This document shows, in pieces, positions 1 to 8,571 of a stretch of DNA of 64,000 nucleotides (positions are counted from its first letter, which is position 1; every line of letters starts with the position of its first letter). The stretch spans positions 1,184,001-1,248,000 of the forward strand of contig OY764216.1 of NCBI GenBank assembly GCA_963668315.1, written 5' to 3'. Under the pieces are notes generated by a model. It did not search any database and had not been told where the DNA came from. It worked only from the letters and a program-made list of their open reading frames with translations. The translations under genes and the position numbers were made by a program. The stretch is from Spirochaetia bacterium. GTDB lineage: Bacteria > Spirochaetota > Spirochaetia > DSM-2461.

Positions 1-472
1 CACAGGGAGGGTAGTGGAGAAAAACGGTCGGAATAGGATGGTCCCTCAGATAATCATGGCTTTCTTTGTCCAGTCCCTCCATGAGAATGATGAATCCGTC
101 GACCTTGTTTCTGGATACCAGGCGGATGATGTTGTTGATTTTGCTGTGATTGCTGAGCTGGGTGAAGATAAGATCCATGTCCGCTTCTTCCAGCCGGCCC
201 CTCAGGCTGTTGAGGAGCATGCCGTGATAAACATTGACGTTGACCAGATGGTAATTTTCAGGCAGGACGATAGCTACCGTTCCTACCTGACTGGTTATCA
301 TGCTGCGGGCACCCGCGTTGAATTCAAAGCCCAGGTCACTGGCTATGCGGCTGATCTTCGTTCTTGTCTTCTCCGCCACCAGGGGGCTGTTGTTCAAGCT
401 CCTGGAAACGGTGGCGAAGCTGACTCCGGCGATTTCCGCGATATCCTTAATTGTAACCTGGCTGCTCATCAT
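1..472 (-). CDS. LacI-family transcriptional regulator (5' part; runs off the window start)
   Basis: Not in the ORF track. Manual minus-strand translation from ATG at 472 gives MMSSQVTIKDIAEIAGVSFATVSRSLNNSPLVAEKTRTKISRIASDLGFEFNAGARSM, a classic LacI HTH. Confidence 0.9.
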   Translation of the reverse strand, partial: MMSSQVTIKDIAEIAGVSFATVSRSLNNSPLVAEKTRTKISRIASDLGFEFNAGARSMITSQVGTVAIVLPENYHLVNVNVYHGMLLNSLRGRLEEADMDLIFTQLSNHSKINNIIRLVSRNKVDGFIILMEGLDKESHDYLRDHPIPTVFLHYPPC

Positions 473-482
473 ATTTACCGGT

Positions 483-1496
483 CTAGAATGTCAGCTGCCT
501 GCGGGATTCAAAGGATTCTTTGCACTTGTAGGCAATTTCCGAAACCCTGGTACCGTCATAGACGGAGACCCGGGGTTTCTTCCCGGTTAGAATACATGAC
601 ACGAATTCCTGAATCTCGTTGACGTAGGACGTTTCGAAACGCTCCAGGAAATTCTCGCTGCACTCCCGCCGGACTCCGCCCGAATCCAGTATCTCCACCA
701 GATTCTTCTGAGGCACCGACGCGATACGCAGGATCCCTTTGGTTCCGATGATTTCCGTCTCCACATTATAGCCGTGAGGCGCGGTTCTGCCGGCGAAAAG
801 AAAGGCCATGGCATCATTGTCGAACTGCATGAGGCAGGAGACATTGTCGCCGTCGCCGTATTCCCCGAACTCCGGATGGGCGTAGCAGCCGCCCATGGCC
901 GTTACCGACAGGGGTTCCGCCTTGAGAAACCAGCGGGCCAGATCTATATCATGGACCGCCATATCAAGAAACTGACCTCCCGAATGCCCCGCGAAAGCGA
1001 TGGCTCCGTCTATGAACTTTTCCGGGTCCTGGCTATAGGAGCGGAAGAGAATGGGTTTTCCTATCTCTCCCTTCTCCACTTTCTCGTGGGCATACATGTA
1101 GGACTCGTCGAAACGCCTCATGAACCCAAGCATAAAGACTTTATCCGGATGCGCTTCCACGGCTTTTTCCGCCTGCCGGCACTCTTCCACCGTCACGCCC
1201 AGGGGTTTTTCGGAGAAGACATGCTTCCCCGCAGCCAGGGCGGCGGCGATTTGCTTCGTGTGCAGTCCCGAGGGAGAGACAAGGCAGACGGCGTCAAGCT
1301 CATCAAGTTTCAGCATCTCTTCAAAGCTTGAGAAGCGGTGGGGAACACCCAGCCTGTCCGCCGTCTCGTTCAGAAGGCTTTCGTTAAGATCGCAGAGGGC
1401 AAAAAGCTCGGCGTTCATAATCTTTGTGGCGATGTTTTCGGCATGGGCCAGCCCAAGCCGTCCCAGACCGACAGAGCCGATTCTGATCTTATCCAT
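483..1496 (-). CDS. Gfo/Idh/MocA oxidoreductase, inositol dehydrogenase-like
   Basis: GLGRLG Rossmann motif, SEKP, GFMRRFD and DMAVHDID; next to a sugar ABC operon. Confidence 0.85.
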   Translation of the reverse strand: MDKIRIGSVGLGRLGLAHAENIATKIMNAELFALCDLNESLLNETADRLGVPHRFSSFEEMLKLDELDAVCLVSPSGLHTKQIAAALAAGKHVFSEKPLGVTVEECRQAEKAVEAHPDKVFMLGFMRRFDESYMYAHEKVEKGEIGKPILFRSYSQDPEKFIDGAIAFAGHSGGQFLDMAVHDIDLARWFLKAEPLSVTAMGGCYAHPEFGEYGDGDNVSCLMQFDNDAMAFLFAGRTAPHGYNVETEIIGTKGILRIASVPQKNLVEILDSGGVRRECSENFLERFETSYVNEIQEFVSCILTGKKPRVSVYDGTRVSEIAYKCKESFESRRQLTF

Positions 1497-1507
1497 TGCG
1501 GGCCGCC

Positions 1508-2527
1508 TTAGTCTTTCTTGGCGTTCTTGCGCATATCGATGATAACGGCCACCACAATGATCACACCTTCGGTAACCTGCTGCCAGTAGGCGTCTACCCC
1601 AAGGAGGGTTAAGCCGTTTCTCATGACCGAGAGGACCAGAGCTCCGACGAAAGCGCCCCAGATGGTTCCGATACCGCCGGAGTGGCTTGTTCCGCCGATG
1701 GTAGTAGCGGCGATGGCGGTAAGTTCATAACCCGTGGCGGCACCGGGGTGAACCGAACCGACGCGGCCGGCGAAGACAACGGCGGCCAGACCGGCTAGAA
1801 GACCGGAATAGGCATAAATGGCGATCAGGTTGCGGCTTACATTAACGCCGGATACCTCGGCTGCCTTGATATTGCCGCCGATGGCGTAGACGCTTTTCCC
1901 GAACCGCGTCATATCCAGGAGGACATAACTGACTCCAATCATCACAAAGTAGATGACGACGGGAATGGGGAGGAAGCCGAACAGTTTGCCGCCCAGGGCC
2001 GTCATGGAGGGGATGAGCGTACTGACCGGTTTCCCGTCGGAGTAGATCAGGGCAAGACCGCGGGCCACGGTCATCATACCCAGGGTGGATATGAACGCGG
2101 GGATGTGTGTCTTGGCTATCAGGGCGCCGGATACGGCTCCGCAGAGGGCTCCTACCGCCAGGGCGGCCAGAATCGGTACGATCACGGGCATCTCCGCCAG
2201 GTTGGGGAAATATTTGCCCGTTGCATCGGCCGTCTGGGCCAGAGAGGCCGCGATAACGCCGGAAAAGGCCAGGACCGAACCGACGGAGAGGTCGATTCCC
2301 TTGGAAATGATGACGAAAGTCAGTCCCAGGGCCATAATCCCGAAAATAGACGACTGGGTCAGTACATTGAAAATGTTGGAACGGCTCAGAAAGGCCGGCT
2401 CCATGATGCTTATGCCGATTATCATTATCAGCAGGACGAATACGATTCCGTATTTCTGAAGGATCATTTTCGCCTTCCGGTTCTTATCCGCAAGGGCTTC
2501 CTTGTTATTAATGGCAGCTGTAGACAT
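1508..2527 (-). CDS. Sugar (inositol/ribose-type) ABC transporter permease
   Basis: Hydrophobic; GIDLSVGS, TRFGKSVYAIGGN and YELTAIAATTIGGTS motifs of the RbsC family. Confidence 0.92.
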   Translation of the reverse strand: MSTAAINNKEALADKNRKAKMILQKYGIVFVLLIMIIGISIMEPAFLSRSNIFNVLTQSSIFGIMALGLTFVIISKGIDLSVGSVLAFSGVIAASLAQTADATGKYFPNLAEMPVIVPILAALAVGALCGAVSGALIAKTHIPAFISTLGMMTVARGLALIYSDGKPVSTLIPSMTALGGKLFGFLPIPVVIYFVMIGVSYVLLDMTRFGKSVYAIGGNIKAAEVSGVNVSRNLIAIYAYSGLLAGLAAVVFAGRVGSVHPGAATGYELTAIAATTIGGTSHSGGIGTIWGAFVGALVLSVMRNGLTLLGVDAYWQQVTEGVIIVVAVIIDMRKNAKKD

Positions 2528-2530
2528 CTC

Positions 2531-4048
2531 TTAGTTCTCCTTTTCTACGGATTTACCAGTGGCGTAGGACATTAATTCTTCCTGGGTGAGATCGGGTCTG
2601 TTCTCTACGATACCCGTTACCCGGCCTTCGTGCATAATCATGATTCTGTCGCTCATTCCCATGACTTCCGGCAGTTCCGAGGAGATCATCACAATGGATT
2701 TTCCCTCTCCGGCGAGTCTGGTGATAAGCCGGTGGATTTCCGATTTGGCTCCCACATCGATTCCTCTGGTCGGCTCGTCAAGAAACAGAATATCCGGATT
2801 GGTCAGAAGCCACCGGGCGACCAGTACTTTCTGCTGGTTTCCGCCGGAAAGATTCTGGACTTTCTGCATCAGACTGGGGGTCTTCACCTGAATCTTGGTC
2901 ACGTAATCGTCGCAGTCCTTTTTGAGTATTTTGCTCTTGATCAGTCCCACCTTGTTCAGGTATTTGGGGATATTGGTAATAGCCATATTGAGCCTTACGG
3001 AAAGCATGGGGAAAATGCCCGACTGGCGCCTGTCTTCCGTCAGAAGGGCCATGTGCCTGGATATGGCGTCCCGGGGGCTCTTTATCTGCACTTCCTTACC
3101 GTCGATCAGGATCTCTCCGGAAACCTTGGGGCGGATACCGAAAATCGTTTCGATGACCTCCGTTCTCCCCGATCCGATAAGTCCTGCCACGCCGAGGATT
3201 TCTCCCTTTCTCACAGAGAAGGATACGTCCCTGAACAGGCGCTGATGGGTCAGATTCCGGACCTCCAGCTTGACTTCCCCGATCTCGCAGGGGACCTTGG
3301 GAAACATCTCATTTACATCCCTGCCCACCATCATGTTGATCAATTTGTCAACGCTCAGCTTATCCGTATCTTCCGAACCGATATAAGTTCCATCCCGGTA
3401 TACGGTGATCCGATCGGTGATCTCATAAACCTCATCGAGCTTATGGGAGATGTATATGATGCTTTTTCCCTGTTCCTTGAGCTTCCGCATGATGTTGAAA
3501 AGCTGTTTTACTTCTTTATCGGTCAATGCCGATGTAGGCTCGTCCATGATGATAAGTTTGGAATCATAGGACACGGCCTTGGCGATTTCTATCATCTGCA
3601 TCTTAGCCACAGTCAGGTCGGCCATTTCCGTTCTGGGGTCTTCGTTAAGATCGATTTCCTTGAGCACTTCGACGCTCATATCATACATTTTTTTATGATC
3701 GACAAATCCGAATTTGTTTACCGGTTCTCTTCCCAGCCATATGTTTTCCATGATGGGGCGATGAAGAACGGGGCTTAACTCCTGGTGTATCATGGAGATA
3801 CCCATGTTCAGGGCCTGGGAAGTATCATAACCCTCTCTAATTTCTCCATCATAGATTATCGTTCCCGATGTCTGACTGTGGACGCCGGCAAGACAGTTCA
3901 TCAGGGTTGACTTCCCTGCACCGTTCTCTCCCATTAGGGCGTGTATTTCTCCCGGGCGGACTTTAAGCTCAACCCCTTTGAGAGCCTTGACGCCTGGAAA
4001 ATTCTTTACGATGTCCTGCATCTGCAGGATATAGTTTTCCTCTGCCAT
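2531..4048 (-). CDS. Sugar ABC transporter ATP-binding protein (RbsA/MglA-type, two ATPase domains)
   Basis: GENGAGKST, DEPT, LSGGNQQK, DEPTRGIDVGAK. Confidence 0.95.
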   Translation of the reverse strand: MAEENYILQMQDIVKNFPGVKALKGVELKVRPGEIHALMGENGAGKSTLMNCLAGVHSQTSGTIIYDGEIREGYDTSQALNMGISMIHQELSPVLHRPIMENIWLGREPVNKFGFVDHKKMYDMSVEVLKEIDLNEDPRTEMADLTVAKMQMIEIAKAVSYDSKLIIMDEPTSALTDKEVKQLFNIMRKLKEQGKSIIYISHKLDEVYEITDRITVYRDGTYIGSEDTDKLSVDKLINMMVGRDVNEMFPKVPCEIGEVKLEVRNLTHQRLFRDVSFSVRKGEILGVAGLIGSGRTEVIETIFGIRPKVSGEILIDGKEVQIKSPRDAISRHMALLTEDRRQSGIFPMLSVRLNMAITNIPKYLNKVGLIKSKILKKDCDDYVTKIQVKTPSLMQKVQNLSGGNQQKVLVARWLLTNPDILFLDEPTRGIDVGAKSEIHRLITRLAGEGKSIVMISSELPEVMGMSDRIMIMHEGRVTGIVENRPDLTQEELMSYATGKSVEKEN

Positions 4049-4151
4049 ATTTACTCCGATTGGAGGGAAGGAGAGATTTCCCCTTCCCTGTACGAACTCC
4101 GCCCAGGATATTCCCGCCCTTTTCAGGCAGGGCAGGGCGGATGGTTATTGA

Positions 4152-5099
4152 TTACATGAAGTCTGCGAGATTTTCAGGTGTGATAAGAACGAAGGGAACC
4201 CATACGAGGGGAACAACTTCCTGACCCTGAAGAACCTTGTGGATAAGTTCGGCTGAACCTTTTCCCTGTCCCACAGCATCCTGCAGAACGGTGGCGGCAA
4301 GGGAACCGTTACCTACGGCTTCCTTGGCATCGGGAATGGCATCGACACCCATGACGGGAACGTCTTCACGACCGGCGGCTTTCAGGGCTTCTACGGCACC
4401 AAGGGCCATTTCGTCATTGTTGGCGCAGATACCTTTCAGATCATCGCCGTAAGCGGTAATCCAGTTTTCAGTGATGGTCATACCCTGGTCTCTCTGCCAG
4501 TTAGCTGTCTCTTTGGCGAGGATTTTAATTCCGGGGAACTTGGCTTTGGCGGTAACTTCGTTTCCTTCGGTTCTCTTCAGAGCGCCTTCGTTATCGAGTT
4601 TTCCCATGAGGATTCCCACTCCGCCTTTTCCGCCGAGCAGTTCGCCCATGTACTCCATCTGCTGCGTACCGGCAATAATTTCCTGGGAACCGACATAGTA
4701 GACATTTTTGGGAAGATCTTTTTCGGCATAGGGATTTCTATTGACGAAACAGAGGGGAACGCCGGCTTCATCGGCCGCTCTGACAATGGGGCCCATGGCG
4801 CTGGTGTCAACGGGGACGACGATGAGAGCGTCCACTCTCTGAGCCAGAAGGGTATTTACCAGATCCTGCTGGCGGATAACGTCTTCCAGAGCATCCTGCA
4901 GTACGATTTCCACATTGTCCACGGTAGAGAAATACTCTTCCGCCGCATCCATTACGTAAGTCTGAAATGTATCGTTGAAATTATTACATACATAACCGAC
5001 TTTAAAGCTGTCCTTTGCTCCGTCACCATCTCCTGATCCGTTGGCGAAGAGTGCCGCTGCTGCTAGCAGTGAGAATAGAACGAGCCATACCTTTTTCAT
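4152..5099 (-). CDS. Sugar ABC transporter substrate-binding protein (probably inositol)
   Basis: Signal peptide, periplasmic-binding-protein motifs (ANNDEMALGA, ATVLQD); first gene of the ABC operon. Confidence 0.88.
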   Translation of the reverse strand: MKKVWLVLFSLLAAAALFANGSGDGDGAKDSFKVGYVCNNFNDTFQTYVMDAAEEYFSTVDNVEIVLQDALEDVIRQQDLVNTLLAQRVDALIVVPVDTSAMGPIVRAADEAGVPLCFVNRNPYAEKDLPKNVYYVGSQEIIAGTQQMEYMGELLGGKGGVGILMGKLDNEGALKRTEGNEVTAKAKFPGIKILAKETANWQRDQGMTITENWITAYGDDLKGICANNDEMALGAVEALKAAGREDVPVMGVDAIPDAKEAVGNGSLAATVLQDAVGQGKGSAELIHKVLQGQEVVPLVWVPFVLITPENLADFM

Positions 5100-5136
5100 A
5101 AATTAACCTCCAATGATTCGTTTGCTCCTTGAATTA

Positions 5137-5152
5137 TTGCAAACGTTTTCAA
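5137..5152. promoter_or_regulatory. LacI-type operator palindrome just downstream of the ABC operon promoter
   Basis: TTGCAAACGTTTTCAA has the central CG typical of LacI sites. A second copy, TTACAAACGTTTACAT, lies at 5339-5354. Confidence 0.7.
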
Positions 5153-5159
5153 TAAAATT

Positions 5160-5189
5160 ATTATCATCCCAGTTTTGTGATACTGTCAA
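5160..5189 (-). promoter_or_regulatory. Sigma70-like promoter of the sugar ABC operon
   Basis: Minus strand TTGACA-N18-GATAAT. Confidence 0.55.
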
Positions 5190-5375
5190 TGAGAAAGTTT
5201 ATAAAAAAGAAGCATAGTGGAATATAATGTTATATAGTAATGAAATGCGTAATTCTCAGTCTATCAGACAATAAGACAGAAAACGGCCTATTGTGTAAAA
5301 AAGACAATTGTTTAATATAGATAAAAAAAGATCGATTATTACAAACGTTTACATGCAATAATACTGTTTTAATTA

Positions 5376-5423
5376 TAAAAAAGAAACCGCACCGGAAAGT
5401 TGGATAAGGTCCGGTGCGGTTTC
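5376..5423 (-). terminator. Rho-independent terminator of the transaldolase/ALDH/carboxyltransferase operon
   Basis: 14-bp stem GAAACCGCACCGGA / TCCGGTGCGGTTTC followed by a U-run on the minus strand. Confidence 0.8.
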
Positions 5424-5455
5424 GGTGCGATTGAATTGTATCTGAATACCTTGAG

Positions 5456-5602
5456 CTACTTCTTCCTGCTGATCCAGAGAGAAGCATCGGCATAAATACC
5501 GGGAGTTTTGTCTACGGATGCATCGCGTGACTCGATTTCTCTTTTAAGGCGACTGCTTTTTCTGACCAGTCTTCGTTCTCTGCTTTTTCTCAAATTCATC
5601 AT
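5456..5602 (-). CDS. Small basic protein (48 aa) coupled to the carboxyltransferase; possible epsilon-like accessory subunit
   Basis: Manual translation MMNLRKSRERRLVRKSSRLKREIESRDASVDKTPGIYADASLWISRKK. Its ATG overlaps the upstream stop (ATGA), and it ends just before the terminator. Confidence 0.45.
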   Translation of the reverse strand: MMNLRKSRERRLVRKSSRLKREIESRDASVDKTPGIYADASLWISRKK

Positions 5603-7194
5603 AATGGTATGTTCCCGTGTTTTTTGGCAGGTCTCTCCTCCTGCTTTTCCGCGATCATTTCCAGGGATCTGATCAATTCCTTCCGTGCCGCCTCCGGGGC
5701 GATCACATCATCCACGATGCCAAGGGAGGCTGAAGAGAAGGGATTCATGAATTTTCTCTGGTATTCATGCATCTTGATCTCTTTAATCAGGTTTGAGTCC
5801 TTGGCCGACTGTATTTCATTCCTGAATATGATATTCGCCGCTCCCGAAGCGCCCATTACGGCAATCTCCGCAATCGGCAGGGTCAGCACTCTGTCATAGC
5901 CCAGCGCCCTTGAAGCCATCCCAATATAGGCGCCTCCATAGGCTTTCCTCAGGACCAGGGCGATTTTGGGAACCGTGGCTTCCGCTATGGCGTAGAGGAG
6001 TTTGGCCCCGTGGCGAATAATGCCCCCGTGCTCCTGTTCCGTGCCCGGCATATATCCGGGTACATCCACAAGGGATATGACCGGAATGGAAAAGGCGTCG
6101 CAAAAGCGGATAAACCGGGCCGCCTTGTCGGAAGAGTCCTTATCCAGCGCTCCGGCGTATACCTTCGGCTGATTTCCAATGATGCCCACCGATCGACCCG
6201 CGAGCCGGGCAAATCCGACCACCATGCTGCGGGCGAAATCCCTGTGGACTTCCAGAAAGCTTTCCCTGTCAAAAAGGAGTGAAATGATCTCCCTTATGTC
6301 ATAGGATTTCGTGGACTCCCCGGGTATGATATTCAGAATATCTCCCGTTTCCCTGTTGGGATCGTCGGTGCATTCCACCCGGGGCGGCGCTTCCCTGTTG
6401 GAAGAGGGAAGATAGGAGAGCAGCCTGGTTACCGTGGCGAAGCACTCCTCCTCGCTGGCGCAGTGGAAATGAACGTTGCCGCTCAGGCTGCTGTGAGCCA
6501 TGGCTCCGCCCAGGTCCTCGTGGCTGACTTCTTCTCCCGTTACGGCCTTGATAACGTCCGGACCGGTAATGTACATATGGCTCGTTTTATCCACCATGAA
6601 GACAAAATCGGTCAGAGCAGGCGAATAAGCCGCTCCCCCGGCGCAGGGCCCCATAATCAGGCTGATCTGGGGAATGACACCGGAGGCAAGAATATTCCCC
6701 CGGAATATGTTCCCGTAACCTTCCAGGGACATGACTCCTTCCTGGATACGGGCCCCTCCCGAATCGTTTATCTGAATGAAGGGCCTGCCCGTTTTCAGCG
6801 CCATTTTCTGGGTGGACGCGATCTTGGAGGCATGCTGTTCGCCCAGGGACCCGCCCAGAACGGTAAAGTCCTGGGAGGAGAGCCAGATCTGGCGTCCGCC
6901 GAGTAGGGCACTGCCCGTGATTACCCCGTCTCCGGAAATCTTTTTGCTGTCCATTCCGAAGTCGTCGATACGGCTCATCTCGTAGGGATGATTTTCCACG
7001 AAACTGCCTTCGTCGGTGAGGAGCTGAATCCTCTCCCGGGCTGTGTGCTTTCCCTTTGAACGCTGTCTGGCCTGACGGTCCTCGCCGCCCCCGGCCAGCA
7101 TGGAAGAGCGCATCTTATCCAGAAGCTTAAGGCTCTCCCTGTGGCTATAGGGCAGTTCGGGCGTACTATCAGTTGCCTTTTCTAACTTGCTCAT
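5599..7194 (-). CDS. Acyl-CoA carboxyltransferase subunit (PccB/MmdA family)
   Basis: DFTVLGGSLGE, DSGGARIQEG, GPCAGGAAY, DVPGYMPG, RKAYGGAY, KKHGNIPL. Start placed at ATG 7194, which has a GAGGA RBS. Confidence 0.93.
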   Translation of the reverse strand: MSKLEKATDSTPELPYSHRESLKLLDKMRSSMLAGGGEDRQARQRSKGKHTARERIQLLTDEGSFVENHPYEMSRIDDFGMDSKKISGDGVITGSALLGGRQIWLSSQDFTVLGGSLGEQHASKIASTQKMALKTGRPFIQINDSGGARIQEGVMSLEGYGNIFRGNILASGVIPQISLIMGPCAGGAAYSPALTDFVFMVDKTSHMYITGPDVIKAVTGEEVSHEDLGGAMAHSSLSGNVHFHCASEEECFATVTRLLSYLPSSNREAPPRVECTDDPNRETGDILNIIPGESTKSYDIREIISLLFDRESFLEVHRDFARSMVVGFARLAGRSVGIIGNQPKVYAGALDKDSSDKAARFIRFCDAFSIPVISLVDVPGYMPGTEQEHGGIIRHGAKLLYAIAEATVPKIALVLRKAYGGAYIGMASRALGYDRVLTLPIAEIAVMGASGAANIIFRNEIQSAKDSNLIKEIKMHEYQRKFMNPFSSASLGIVDDVIAPEAARKELIRSLEMIAEKQEERPAKKHGNIPL

Positions 7195-8551
7195 CGAATA
7201 ATTCCTCATCTGAGGGCTGCCGGCTGGCAATCGGGGAGGAGACCCAGGTCGTATTGAGCAGATGTTTCCAAGTAATATTTTCGCTGGCTATGTTACCGCC
7301 CCAGGTTCCGCAACCCAGAGTCAGAGTGGTGGGCATTCCGTTTGTCCAGGCACCGCTGTTAGCAAGGCACTGGGGCTGGTTGACCATGACCCGGGATACC
7401 TTGACCTGTTCTGCGACGGCCAGAATCCTTTCTTGCTTGCTGGTGTGGATACCGCAGGAGTGACCGGCTCCGGAATAAGCCGTAATATCGTTCACCAACT
7501 GAATGGCATCCTCGAATTTATTCCACTTGTAAAGCGTTGTCACCACGGAAAGCTTTTCTCCGGAGAAGGGATAGTCGGCGCCGGTTCCCGTCTCTTCCAC
7601 TGCCAGGAAACAGCAGCCTTCGGGGATCTCGATCCCGGCGATTCCGGCAATTTTGGCGGCAGGCTGGGCTACCACGTTTCTATTGAGAGTATGGCCGTCG
7701 GGCCACAGAGCCTTCTGGAGTTTTGCTTTCTCTTCGCTGCTGCAGACATAGCCGCCTTCCGCCGTGATAGCTTTGATGAAGTCGTCATAGATCACATCCT
7801 GGACAACGCAGGCGTTCTCAGCGGAACAGCTCGTCGCCTGGTCAAAGGTCTTGGATCTTCTGATTTTATCGGCTACCACAGCCATGTCCTGGGTGTCGTC
7901 CACGATGGTGACGGCATTTCCCGCTCCTACGCCGTAGGCAGGGGTACCGCTGGAGTAGGCCGCCTTAACGAGACCGCCGCCTCCCGTCGCCAGGATCAGA
8001 TCGCACTGCTCCATGACCGCCTGGGAGTTTTCCATGGAAACTTCGTCCACGCTGATAACGAGATCGGCGGGGAAACCGGCTTTTTCAATCACCCCGCGGA
8101 TCTTATCCACGACGAGCTTGTTGGTCTTTTTGGTGCGGGGATGGGGGCACATGATAATCGCGTTTCTGGTTTTCAGGGCATTCATGGCCTTGAGAACGGG
8201 AGTCGCTTCGCAGTTGGTACAGGGAATAAGGGCTCCGATGACGCCGATGGGCTTGGCTATTTTGATAAGGCCGAGGGCTTCGTTTTCTTCGATAATACCC
8301 ACGGATTTCTGTCCTTTCATATCAAACCAGCCGCCTCTGACTTTATTCATCATTTTGGCGTATTTGCTGGGAACATCACCCATGTTGGATTCCTCTACGG
8401 CAAACTCGGCCAGGCTCTGGGCAAAATCTTCCTGAATGGCGGCCCAGGCAATCCTCTGGCAGAGATCGTCCACCTGTTCCTGGGTGGCAAACTCAATTTT
8501 CTTCTGAGCCTCTTTGGCTCTTTTCATTAATCCGCTAACATAATCTGACAT
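7169..8551 (-). CDS. CoA-acylating aldehyde dehydrogenase (SauS/AdhE-ALDH-like)
   Basis: KPIGVIGALIPCTN, ATGGGGLVKAAYSSG, GVGAGN, catalytic Cys in ATSCSAEN, GEKLS, GAGHSCGIHT, TLGCGTWGGN. Confidence 0.88.
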   Translation of the reverse strand: MSDYVSGLMKRAKEAQKKIEFATQEQVDDLCQRIAWAAIQEDFAQSLAEFAVEESNMGDVPSKYAKMMNKVRGGWFDMKGQKSVGIIEENEALGLIKIAKPIGVIGALIPCTNCEATPVLKAMNALKTRNAIIMCPHPRTKKTNKLVVDKIRGVIEKAGFPADLVISVDEVSMENSQAVMEQCDLILATGGGGLVKAAYSSGTPAYGVGAGNAVTIVDDTQDMAVVADKIRRSKTFDQATSCSAENACVVQDVIYDDFIKAITAEGGYVCSSEEKAKLQKALWPDGHTLNRNVVAQPAAKIAGIAGIEIPEGCCFLAVEETGTGADYPFSGEKLSVVTTLYKWNKFEDAIQLVNDITAYSGAGHSCGIHTSKQERILAVAEQVKVSRVMVNQPQCLANSGAWTNGMPTTLTLGCGTWGGNIASENITWKHLLNTTWVSSPIASRQPSDEELFDEQVRKGN

Positions 8552-8571
8552 AGCTTCAATCTCCTCTTATC

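Noticed and set aside
14..622. 202-aa plus-strand ORF
   Set aside because: Shadow of the minus-strand LacI gene (1-472) and the dehydrogenase 3' end.
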